Shown here piece after piece: positions 1-8,022 of a DNA stretch of 27,378 nucleotides (its first letter is position 1; each line of letters opens with the position of its first letter). The notes below the pieces were generated by a model. The model was not told the DNA's origin. It saw only the letters and a program-made list of their open reading frames with translations, and did no database searches. Location: IMG/VR virus record IMGVR_UViG_3300030708_000420, positions 1 through 27,378 of that record. The stretch is one strand, 5' to 3'. This DNA is from a virus. Its lineage: Duplodnaviria; Caudoviricetes. The position numbers and the translations under genes are program-made.

Positions 1-457
1 CTATGGGAACATTAACAATTGCTGAATCTTCTGCACTACCCTCATGATTACAAGTTCTAATTTGAAAACTACTAGCAGAGGGTTCAGAACCACTTGTAGA
101 TGATAGATTATTTATTGATACAAAGTTATTATGATTAGAAGACATCCCTGCCATTATATAATTCCCATCACCCATTCCAGTTGTAAAAGTGATTGTGTAT
201 AGACCAGTTCCAGTTCTTAAAACACTTGCTACATTACCGCTACCACGGATCAGCCTGTTTGTGTTTGATGTTGAGCTTGCACCAGATGTATCCTTAGTTC
301 CATCAAAATTGACCCATGCTCGACACGCATACATCGGTAGTGAATCTTTAGTAATATCACCAGAAATATTAACGTCACCAGCGTTACTTAAATCAATCTT
401 ATTAGTGCTAGTATTCTTAACGCCTAAAGTCGTTCCACCAACCTGTAATGTTCCCAT
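1..457 (-). CDS. Tail fibre / receptor-binding module protein, 3' end truncated by the window edge (not in the ORF track)
   Basis: Translated by hand from the ATG at 457, 2 nt after the stop of 460..672: MGTLQVGGTTLGVKNTSTNKIDLSNAGDVNISGDITKDSLPMYACRAWVNFDGTKDTSGASSTSNTNRLIRGSGNVASVLRTGTGLYTITFTTGMGDGNY...SAIVNVPI. It is open to position 1. The CRAWVNFDG / IRGSGNVASV / GTGxYTITF pattern is typical of small phage tail-fibre distal domains. Confidence 0.75.
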   Translation of the reverse strand, partial: MGTLQVGGTTLGVKNTSTNKIDLSNAGDVNISGDITKDSLPMYACRAWVNFDGTKDTSGASSTSNTNRLIRGSGNVASVLRTGTGLYTITFTTGMGDGNYIMAGMSSNHNNFVSINNLSSTSGSEPSASSFQIRTCNHEGSAEDSAIVNVPI

Positions 458-459
458 AG

Positions 460-672
460 TTATCTCACATCAAATGAACCGCCAGTATTGACGTTCAGGG
501 TTCCTGTAATATTTACTTCGTTCAAGATAGTTAAACTTCCGTTACACGTTACTGTTCCTGAAAAAGTCACTGGTCCGACTACCATACTTCGGTCGTTGGT
601 ATTCACTGTTACGGAACCTGTGTACGAGTTGGTATTGTGTACCATTCCGTCTTTTAATCGTAGTTCTGCCAT
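460..672 (-). CDS. Small beta-rich tail-fibre adaptor-like protein, paralog of 2692..2952
   Basis: 70 aa. GMVHNTNSYTGSVTVNTNDRSMVVGPVTF and TGTLNVNTGG align by eye with GIVRHKNTISTSVTIASDETAVAAGPLTI and TGTLEVASGG of 2692..2952. Tightly packed between its neighbours. Confidence 0.65.
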   Translation of the reverse strand: MAELRLKDGMVHNTNSYTGSVTVNTNDRSMVVGPVTFSGTVTCNGSLTILNEVNITGTLNVNTGGSFDVR

Positions 673-675
673 AGG

Positions 676-921
676 TTATTCTGGTTTAGTGGGCCAATTT
701 AAATTATCTAAATCGCTAAAATCCATATCCCTTAATGCTTGTCTGTATGTAACCCATTCTGCTTTTTTTGTATCTGTTAATCCTCTATCAGAAACCATCA
801 TAGAATCTGATTGTGCAAGAAGTGAATTACGTTCAGATCGTTGTCTCATTTCCTTGTGTTTTGTTTCATCAGTATAAACAACAACATCACCATTTCCTGT
901 TTTTATTGAAAAATCTCCCAT
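676..921 (-). CDS. Phage tail fibre assembly chaperone
   Basis: 81 aa with R-x-ERNSLLAQSD, W-x-x-YRQALRD and a terminal WPTKPE, the signature of tail assembly chaperone proteins. It lies immediately downstream of a fibre-like gene. Confidence 0.8.
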   Translation of the reverse strand: MGDFSIKTGNGDVVVYTDETKHKEMRQRSERNSLLAQSDSMMVSDRGLTDTKKAEWVTYRQALRDMDFSDLDNLNWPTKPE

Positions 922-922
922 A

Positions 923-1726
923 TTAATCCGCTGTAGGTAATTTTAATCCGTAACAACTCCACCAAGAATCTTTTTCAACACTTGCATCAGACTCAAAGTA
1001 CAGAACAAAACCCGTAACATAAGATTCGGTATTGTAGTTAACACTACCAGTTCCCATTTGATAATAATGCCCATCATCATAACCAGTTTGGCGATACATT
1101 GCTTGAGGACGAGCAGGGCTATCACTGGTTGCAGTTAATGTGTGTCCATCTACTTGAGGGTAATCAGATGATGATGCAATACAATTGTATAATAACATTT
1201 CACAATTAAAACCTATTGAACCACCTACTATATCATTTCCAACTTGTGCGAATGATGCCGTAGAGCCATTGAAATTTTGACCTTCTCCTCCAGTATGGCT
1301 TACGAGTTGATAAGCATAATAATATTGTGAAGTAGAAACTACGGCATCACTTGCATCTAAAAATCTAAAATAAATATCCTTATCATCAGTAGCACACCCC
1401 CATCGGATAATTAATTTATAAGCAGAATACTTTGATGAAACTACATTGCTCATTTTTGTGGCAGTCGTGCCAGTAGAAGAAGTCGCTGTATCAGCACTAT
1501 ACGCTATGGTTTTAATGTGTTCCCATCCGTGAGGGTTTGCACCATCTGTAATGGTTACACCACCCCCTATAGTCCCTGCACTTAACGTATTCGTTATCGA
1601 AACATTTCCATCACTCCCCAACTCTAAGTTATTCCCACTAGCACTTGGGTGCTTCAGTGTCTGCATTTTGACTACAGCACCACCATTCTGCGATTGGATC
1701 TCGTCTGTTTTAAGTATTGAGGTCAT
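923..1726 (-). CDS. Tail fibre / receptor-binding module protein (paralog of 1976..2695)
   Basis: 267 aa. The MTSILKTDEIQ N-terminus is typical of small marine-phage fibre modules. The body is Ser/Thr/Gly/Tyr-rich and beta-type (HIKTI, YSAYKLII, terminal CYGLK), and a chaperone gene follows. Confidence 0.7.
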   Translation of the reverse strand: MTSILKTDEIQSQNGGAVVKMQTLKHPSASGNNLELGSDGNVSITNTLSAGTIGGGVTITDGANPHGWEHIKTIAYSADTATSSTGTTATKMSNVVSSKYSAYKLIIRWGCATDDKDIYFRFLDASDAVVSTSQYYYAYQLVSHTGGEGQNFNGSTASFAQVGNDIVGGSIGFNCEMLLYNCIASSSDYPQVDGHTLTATSDSPARPQAMYRQTGYDDGHYYQMGTGSVNYNTESYVTGFVLYFESDASVEKDSWWSCYGLKLPTAD

Positions 1727-1731
1727 GATGG

Positions 1732-1983
1732 TTATTCTGGTTTAGGATGATCCGTTTTTACTTGTTGTATTTTTGCAGTCATTTCTTTAGAAAATACCCC
1801 TTGCTTAAATAGGTCATCTAATTGATCTCCGATCTCAGGGTATTCCATTTTACGTTCATCTTTATATTTAACTTTTTCATAAGCAATTCTTTCTTCTTTG
1901 TCTTTTTCAATTCTTACATTTAATTCTTTTTCTTCATCTGGAGTCATATCCCTTACAACACCATTTACTGTAATTTTAGGCAT
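1732..1983 (-). CDS. Small tail-fibre-associated (chaperone-like) protein
   Basis: 83 aa. It carries VNGVVRDMTPDEE, Y-x-x-x-R-x-x-EYPEIGDQLDDLF and a terminal VKTDHPKP, a pattern seen in small genes that follow fibre genes. It overlaps the upstream fibre gene by 8 nt. Confidence 0.65.
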   Translation of the reverse strand: MPKITVNGVVRDMTPDEEKELNVRIEKDKEERIAYEKVKYKDERKMEYPEIGDQLDDLFKQGVFSKEMTAKIQQVKTDHPKPE

Positions 1984-2695
1984 ACTTTACTCCGTAAAGA
2001 GTTATACGACCTTTTGAAAATGTACTAGCATCTTCCCAATAAAACTTAAAACGATCATTAGCCTCATTTGTAAGAGTTGTAGACCAACCAGAACCTCCAT
2101 AGTGCCAACCATTATTATCTGCGAATGTTAAATTCATACTTACAGTAGTAGACACACTAGAATTTGAAGGTTCATTAATAGTCAATTCTCCCCACACACC
2201 GCCTAAAGAAATAGTATTATCTACTCCACCTGATTCCAGCATATAAGAATCTGAAAAACCAGCGTGTGAGTATCCTGAATTGCCATCAGATGCTCTTCTA
2301 TAATATACAACCAATCCTCCATTATTTGTGGTATCATAAGCAGAAGAAGTTCCAATATTTGCTCGTAACTTTTTATTACCACTACTAGGAACGCAATTAG
2401 TGAGAATTACTTTATAAGTTGTATAGGTACTGTCAAAAACAACTCCTGAAGTACCATGTATAAATTCTACCGTTGTAGTAGATGTTGCTGTTGTATCTAC
2501 TGATTTAATTAATACTAAAGAACTACCAACAGAAGCAGGAACCACAACTGAAGAACCTAAAGTGCCAGCATCAATAGTTCCTGTATTTGCTATTCCTTGT
2601 GAAAACGTAGGTTTACCACTTGAAGCAATAGAAATAGCATCAGGATCAGATGCACTACCTATATTTCCACCATCGGGTATTACTATTCCTGTCAT
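1976..2695 (-). CDS. Tail fibre / receptor-binding module protein
   Basis: 239 aa. N-terminus IPDGGNIGSASDPDAISIASSG, then a beta-rich domain (LVLIKS, FDSTYTTYKVIL, terminal GRITLYGVK). ATGA overlap with the upstream gene. Confidence 0.7.
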   Translation of the reverse strand: MTGIVIPDGGNIGSASDPDAISIASSGKPTFSQGIANTGTIDAGTLGSSVVVPASVGSSLVLIKSVDTTATSTTTVEFIHGTSGVVFDSTYTTYKVILTNCVPSSGNKKLRANIGTSSAYDTTNNGGLVVYYRRASDGNSGYSHAGFSDSYMLESGGVDNTISLGGVWGELTINEPSNSSVSTTVSMNLTFADNNGWHYGGSGWSTTLTNEANDRFKFYWEDASTFSKGRITLYGVKYA

Positions 2696-2952
2696 ACGAT
2701 TACCATTATTCCACCTGAAGCAACTTCAAGGGTTCCTGTTGAGTCAATTGTCAATGGGCCAGCGGCTACTGCCGTTTCATCGGATGCAATGGTTACTGAG
2801 GTAGATATGGTATTCTTATGTCTTACAATACCTTGCTGACTACGAATACCACTTACGTCTACCTTTGAGATCGTGCTAGATCCTGCACGTAACTCTAGTT
2901 CATCTTTGGTAGTCTCTTGTATACCTGTACTTACTGCACCTTTTCTAATCAT
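2692..2952 (-). CDS. Small tail-fibre adaptor-like protein
   Basis: 86 aa with the C-terminal pattern NTISTSVTI...AAGPLTI..G.LEV.SGG.MVIV. TAATG coupling to the upstream gene. Confidence 0.6.
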   Translation of the reverse strand: MIRKGAVSTGIQETTKDELELRAGSSTISKVDVSGIRSQQGIVRHKNTISTSVTIASDETAVAAGPLTIDSTGTLEVASGGIMVIV

Positions 2953-3308
2953 TATGCGTTCTCCAATACAGAAAGAATAATATCTGCTTTAGTATCTACA
3001 CTACATCTAGCGTGTATAGTTTCATTATCAGAATCTATTACAATTTTACCACTTATTAACTCTATGTTTCCTCCAACTGGAATAGACACATCTTTGGCTA
3101 TGTATGTTACAGCATTACTAGAGTTTTCAATAAGTGCTACATCTACAGTAACAGAAGCATTATGTATATTAGATATAGTGCATCCTATAAGAACGTGTCC
3201 TTTAGTAGATGTTAAAGATGTTAAAGTACCTACTAAAGTATTTGCTGTATCATGATTAGCAAAAGCATCGTCTTTAAGATTTCTTTTTAAATTTACAAAT
3301 TTTGACAT
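2952..3308 (-). CDS. Conserved small virion protein downstream of the tail fibre (beta-sandwich-like)
   Basis: 118 aa: VLIGCTISN, VTVDVAL, YIAKDVSIPVGGNIELISGKIVI, ADIILSVLE. I recall this type of gene following fibres that end in AxAMAIALG, but this was not checked. Confidence 0.6.
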   Translation of the reverse strand: MSKFVNLKRNLKDDAFANHDTANTLVGTLTSLTSTKGHVLIGCTISNIHNASVTVDVALIENSSNAVTYIAKDVSIPVGGNIELISGKIVIDSDNETIHARCSVDTKADIILSVLENA

Positions 3309-3311
3309 ATA

Positions 3312-4661
3312 TTATCCAAGGGCTATAGCCATGACTATGGCAGATGATTGAGCATTTGTAGCTAACGTATTAATATTACCTGCTCCTACTGAAGCTACTT
3401 CTCCTAAGTCATTGTTTGCTGTTGTAATTGTGTTACCCATACTTTCTCCATGTGCTACGCAGTAATACCTAAGTCCTGTTGTTGGAGCATTTGCAGGTAC
3501 TACAAATACAGTCTTTGCACCTGCGGAACCTGGACCTCCTCCTGACCCAGCAGTGACTACTTGTGCACTACCTCCTTTTGTATATGCGTTACCAGCACTA
3601 TCTTTAAATAATAAAAGATGTCCTGCGTTTGTTCCTTCTGATTGATCAAAGGTATAAGTAAATCCTCTTGTTAAAGTAATAGTAGGATTATTAGCTCCAT
3701 CAAGAACAAACACACCTCCTGCAACTGTAACTGTGTACGTCAATGATCCTGCAATAGTTCCTGCAACAGCATTTACATCAGTAATGCTATCAGCTAAAGT
3801 ATTCATATTAGCTACATTATCAGATGTACCTAATACATTCATATCATTAACTACATCCGCAGTACCTAATACTGCCATATCTGCTACAGCATCTGTAGTA
3901 CCTAATATAGCTACTTGTGATGAAACATTAGAAAGCGGAGTTATAAAGTCAGTAGGTGATATTTTACCTGCTACAATTTGAGTAGCACTACTAGTATCTA
4001 CATATCCTTTATTTACAGCATAATGATCAGGATCACTAGATGATGGAGTAGCAATATTTTTAATATTCTTATTGTCAGCATCCCATACATTATCAGTTCC
4101 CAAGGTCATAGAGTCTTGGGCAATATCAATACTTTCCTGTGATAAGTGAAAAGTTTCACTAAAGGCATTATCAAGTTCAGCCTCAGTAAGTACAGAAGCA
4201 CTTTGAAAGTCTGTAGCTAGTGTACTTTTATCAGGTTTGATTCTAATAACTTTAATAATAGTCCAAGTATTTAACGCAGGATACCCTGGATTATTACCAT
4301 CAGAATCACCAAAGGCAGTATGATCTTGATTTATTTGTACTTTTTTTGTACCTGTTACAATGTCCCAAGGTTCGTTACCAAAACTATTATTAAGATTTGT
4401 AAGTCTTGATTTTTGAGCAGTGCTTAATCCTCCAGCATCATCAATACCTGTGTCAGTAGCAGTTCTGTAGATTCTAATACCATTTATGAATACTTGGAGT
4501 TCTTCTTCAAAGTCATTCTTATAGTCATCTGTAGTTTTAGGAGTGTAGTCTAAACCACTGTAATCTATTTGAAATACTGTAGAAGCCGCTGTACTATAAT
4601 CACCAGCATCTCCTTGATTCCCAGCACTAGTAAGTTTTGTGGGTAAATTAGTAATCGCCAT
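3312..4661 (-). CDS. Tail fibre protein, T7 gp17-like N-terminal anchor
   Basis: 449 aa, directly after the gp16-like gene. DFQSASVLTEAELDNAFSETFHLSQESID followed by WDADNKNIKNIATP...AVNKGYVD matches the T7 gp17 N-terminal anchor pattern. It continues with 12-aa repeats, a beta domain and the hydrophobic C-terminus AIVMAIALG. Confidence 0.85.
   Translation of the reverse strand: MAITNLPTKLTSAGNQGDAGDYSTAASTVFQIDYSGLDYTPKTTDDYKNDFEEELQVFINGIRIYRTATDTGIDDAGGLSTAQKSRLTNLNNSFGNEPWDIVTGTKKVQINQDHTAFGDSDGNNPGYPALNTWTIIKVIRIKPDKSTLATDFQSASVLTEAELDNAFSETFHLSQESIDIAQDSMTLGTDNVWDADNKNIKNIATPSSSDPDHYAVNKGYVDTSSATQIVAGKISPTDFITPLSNVSSQVAILGTTDAVADMAVLGTADVVNDMNVLGTSDNVANMNTLADSITDVNAVAGTIAGSLTYTVTVAGGVFVLDGANNPTITLTRGFTYTFDQSEGTNAGHLLLFKDSAGNAYTKGGSAQVVTAGSGGGPGSAGAKTVFVVPANAPTTGLRYYCVAHGESMGNTITTANNDLGEVASVGAGNINTLATNAQSSAIVMAIALG
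3790..3915 (-). repeat. Degenerate 36-nt (12-aa) tandem repeat in the tail fibre shaft
   Basis: GTACCTAATA (+ strand) occurs at 3826, 3862 and 3898, a 36-nt period. The units encode LGTTDAVADMAV / LGTADVVNDMNV / LGTSDNVANMNT. Confidence 0.85.
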
Positions 4662-4662
4662 A

Positions 4663-7600
4663 TTAATCTAATTCAAAAAGTTCTGAGTACTTAGCACCAC
4701 GTTTGATTTGATTTTCATTGTAGCGTTCTTTGTAAAATTTAGAAAACAAATCTAAATCAGTCTGTACTAACATATCAAGAGAAGTATTACGATATTCTGA
4801 TATAACTTGTTTTATTTGTCTAAGTCTGGGATCTTCATCAGCATAGCCTTGAACTAATCTTTCATCAGGATCTAACCCTGCTTGATAACCAGGACTTCTA
4901 ATAATAGCATCTAATGTTTGTTTTAGAGTTCTTCCACTTATTTTAATGTTTCCCATTAGACGTTTCCATTCTGAAAACTGAGAATCATCTAACTCTATAT
5001 TATCACTTATATTTCTAGATAACGGAGGTAAAAATTGTCCTAATCTAGCTAATTCATTTAATGTAGGATCATTCTTAGGTTTAACTATAGGAATACCAGT
5101 ATTATACCCACTAGGCATTTCTATAACTTCTCCTGTTATCTCATCGTATAAATCAGGTACAGCATCAGGATTTATACGTTTCATTACCTGATTGTAAAAA
5201 GAATTTGCTTCTTTAAATGCACGATCTCCTGTAACCATAGACCTAATCTGTGTAGGAAACGCAGGAATAAAACTTGCTCCCATACGAGAAAAGGTTTTCC
5301 ACATATCGGCATCGATATCATCAGTATAACTTCTGAGAGTCATAAGTTCAAGTAAATTAGTAAAACCTTGGAAATACGCTTTGTCTACTATACTCTCTTG
5401 AAATGCAAGAACACTGTAAATAATCAAGGCATCAGCATCTTCTTCTGGCATATACTTTATGTTATCTGCCATGTTTGCTACAAATGTAAATGGTAAAAAC
5501 AAAGGGTCTAATCTATTGTATCCAATCCATTCTCCACCAACCTTAATAGAATATGGTTGATTTCCTGCGTTAATCCAACGTCTTTTTTGATTAAAGTTAG
5601 CAGGTCCAGCACCTGTAATTTTACCGTCAAGGACTACAGCTAACGTAGTTCCATACAACATTGTACCTAAAGCCATACGACCTCGTAGCAAGGCTTTCAT
5701 CTCAGGATTGCCTTGAATTAAAGTCTCTCGTATATCTCTAAGTTTTTTACCATAGAAGGGAACACGGTTCATTATCAAAGACATAGGAGTTCTTTGATAT
5801 CCTCGAATAAACAAGTTGGTAGGTGTACGTATAAACGGTATAAACATTCCTAAAATAGGATGTTTACCTATCATTATCTGCATATCTCTAGGAAGAGTAC
5901 CTCGTGCTAGATCCTCAGTAAAAGTAACTTGTCGTGCAATCTGAACTGAGGATTCATTTAGAGCTTTACCTGTGTTAGGATCAAAGGCACTATCAATTTG
6001 GTTATCTATAAACTTACGTAGTTCTCTACCTCGTAATCCTTGCTCTACTCCAGCCATTGATGATTCAGAGTACAGCTTTGCTCTATATGCTAACTGTTTA
6101 AAAAACTCGTCTTCTGATCCTAGTAATCGTAATGACATACGACTTACTTTACCTAGAAAGTTTACAGACTCTCCCACAACTGTACTATCCTTTAATCCCA
6201 TCTTCTCAGCAGTAATCATGTGTCTAGGCAACCCGTCAATCTTAGTTGCCAAGGGATCAAGAAAGTTCTGTTCGTGATACAAAGATCTACGTGCCATTTT
6301 AAGAGCAGGAAGAAACTGACTAATCATTCCTTTATAGTGAGTCATTAACTGTCTAAAACTAGCTTTTTCGCCAGGAGTTACTAAGTTACCAACATAGCGT
6401 TCCAAAGGATATATAAGGTTTTCACTTACACCTGATAGAAGGTTAGTAACATTAGTCTTTACATTTGCCAGGATAGATCCTCTAAATACTTCTCCTGCTA
6501 CATCAAAGAATCCTGTTTTACGATAGTTGTATGCTTCTTTGAGAAACTTACTAGGATCTTTGTCAAATACTGTAAGACGTTCTGCAATAGCTTTAGCATT
6601 ACCTGCAAGTCCCTCATCCTTTAACATCTTCTGTAGTTTAAAGGGATCTCCTCCTGCTTCGCCAATACGTATTCTACCTGCACTGACAGCACGAGCCGTA
6701 CCAGTAATACCTGTTTTGAGGTTATCTACAAGTTCCATCCATTGACTCAGATTGTTCATAAACTGAGCTTCGACTTCTGGACTTGTCGTATGAGTAAGGG
6801 ACTCTGCTTGTTTAGTAAGAGAACGTCTAAAGTTCTCAACCATAAGTTTGAGTGCTATAATACTCTCATCAATCTTACCAGTATCTTTAGCTACTGCTTG
6901 AGCAAACTCTACTACTTGTCCTGGCTTTACTACATCCGACAACATATTGTTGGTAGTAGCCATAGCTTCTTCTGCGGTAGTACTCAAGGCTTTTTTTGAT
7001 CTACCTACAATCTTAGGAACTTCTTCTTTTAGTTTCTCAATAGTGCTTGCAGTAGTTTCAGAGTCAAACTTTGTAGTATTAAATAAAGTATCGTTTGGAG
7101 GTATACTTTGAGGATTTTTAAAGAACTCTTTCATTGTTGTAAGTTCTTTAGTACTAAAAGTAGTACTCTCTTCTACTTTAGGTTTAGGTTTAGTTTTCTT
7201 TGCCTTTTCAGTAACTTCGGTTATTTCAACAATAGAGTCTTCGTTTATTTTATTTATCTGCTCTGGAGTAGCACCTTCAGCTACAGCTTTGTTTAGTCTC
7301 CACTCTCTGCGTAGAACATATGTAAGAGGTTTAGCTATAAGTCTAAACAAACCAAAAGTAGCCGCATCAAGTCCTATAGACTCTATAGCAGATAATACTC
7401 GTTCTTCTGTAATACTGTTTTCTGAATCGGATCTAAGGAGATTAGTAATCGGATTTTGAAGAGAAGGGTAGTCATCGAGAATATTAGATAATCGGGCTTC
7501 ATAAGGTTCAAGACCAATAGCAGATGCTATGGCCCCAGGAGCAAGAAATCTACCAGTACGTGCTAACTTAGTAGTTCCTTGAAATACATTACCAACTTTT

Positions 7601-8019
7601 AGTAACTTACCTGCTCCTACAATGCTACCAAGGAGACTACCTGCATCTCTGACAAATTGTCCTGCGGTAGTTTTAGGTTGAGCTACTTCTGGTAAATCAT
7701 AGTCAAATATAGCTTTAAGAGTTTCATTAGGAGTAATACTAACATCAGGATCAATAGTGCTTATACCAGACTGTAGAGCACCATAACCAAACTCTCCGAT
7801 ACCTTGAGCTAGGTCAATCCAATCATCAAGAAAATCTTGTCCTCCTGCAACAAGTCCAACACCAAGATCTTCTAGTTGACTAGGTTGATCAGGATCTTCT
7901 TCTTGTTCTTCTACTTCTTCAGAAGAACTATTAGTTCCTCTTATGCTTTGTAATAGTGCTGGATTTATAGTATCTTCATCCAAAGCATTATTAGCTAAGT
8001 AGAGTTCATCTAGCTTCAT
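4663..8019 (-). CDS. Internal virion (ejection) protein, gp16-like
   Basis: 1118 aa, helical, immediately upstream of the tail fibre as in T7. It has motifs typical of large podophage core proteins (LLGSEDEFFKQLAYRA, FIPFIRTPTN, GNQPYSIKVGGEWIGYNRLDP). Confidence 0.75.
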   Translation of the reverse strand: MKLDELYLANNALDEDTINPALLQSIRGTNSSSEEVEEQEEDPDQPSQLEDLGVGLVAGGQDFLDDWIDLAQGIGEFGYGALQSGISTIDPDVSITPNETLKAIFDYDLPEVAQPKTTAGQFVRDAGSLLGSIVGAGKLLKVGNVFQGTTKLARTGRFLAPGAIASAIGLEPYEARLSNILDDYPSLQNPITNLLRSDSENSITEERVLSAIESIGLDAATFGLFRLIAKPLTYVLRREWRLNKAVAEGATPEQINKINEDSIVEITEVTEKAKKTKPKPKVEESTTFSTKELTTMKEFFKNPQSIPPNDTLFNTTKFDSETTASTIEKLKEEVPKIVGRSKKALSTTAEEAMATTNNMLSDVVKPGQVVEFAQAVAKDTGKIDESIIALKLMVENFRRSLTKQAESLTHTTSPEVEAQFMNNLSQWMELVDNLKTGITGTARAVSAGRIRIGEAGGDPFKLQKMLKDEGLAGNAKAIAERLTVFDKDPSKFLKEAYNYRKTGFFDVAGEVFRGSILANVKTNVTNLLSGVSENLIYPLERYVGNLVTPGEKASFRQLMTHYKGMISQFLPALKMARRSLYHEQNFLDPLATKIDGLPRHMITAEKMGLKDSTVVGESVNFLGKVSRMSLRLLGSEDEFFKQLAYRAKLYSESSMAGVEQGLRGRELRKFIDNQIDSAFDPNTGKALNESSVQIARQVTFTEDLARGTLPRDMQIMIGKHPILGMFIPFIRTPTNLFIRGYQRTPMSLIMNRVPFYGKKLRDIRETLIQGNPEMKALLRGRMALGTMLYGTTLAVVLDGKITGAGPANFNQKRRWINAGNQPYSIKVGGEWIGYNRLDPLFLPFTFVANMADNIKYMPEEDADALIIYSVLAFQESIVDKAYFQGFTNLLELMTLRSYTDDIDADMWKTFSRMGASFIPAFPTQIRSMVTGDRAFKEANSFYNQVMKRINPDAVPDLYDEITGEVIEMPSGYNTGIPIVKPKNDPTLNELARLGQFLPPLSRNISDNIELDDSQFSEWKRLMGNIKISGRTLKQTLDAIIRSPGYQAGLDPDERLVQGYADEDPRLRQIKQVISEYRNTSLDMLVQTDLDLFSKFYKERYNENQIKRGAKYSELFELD

Positions 8020-8022
8020 AGT

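Noticed and set aside
1-4661. DGR or invertible shufflon in the tail-fibre cassette
   Set aside because: There is no reverse transcriptase or recombinase, no near-identical template/variable repeat pair, and no inverted gene copy in the window.
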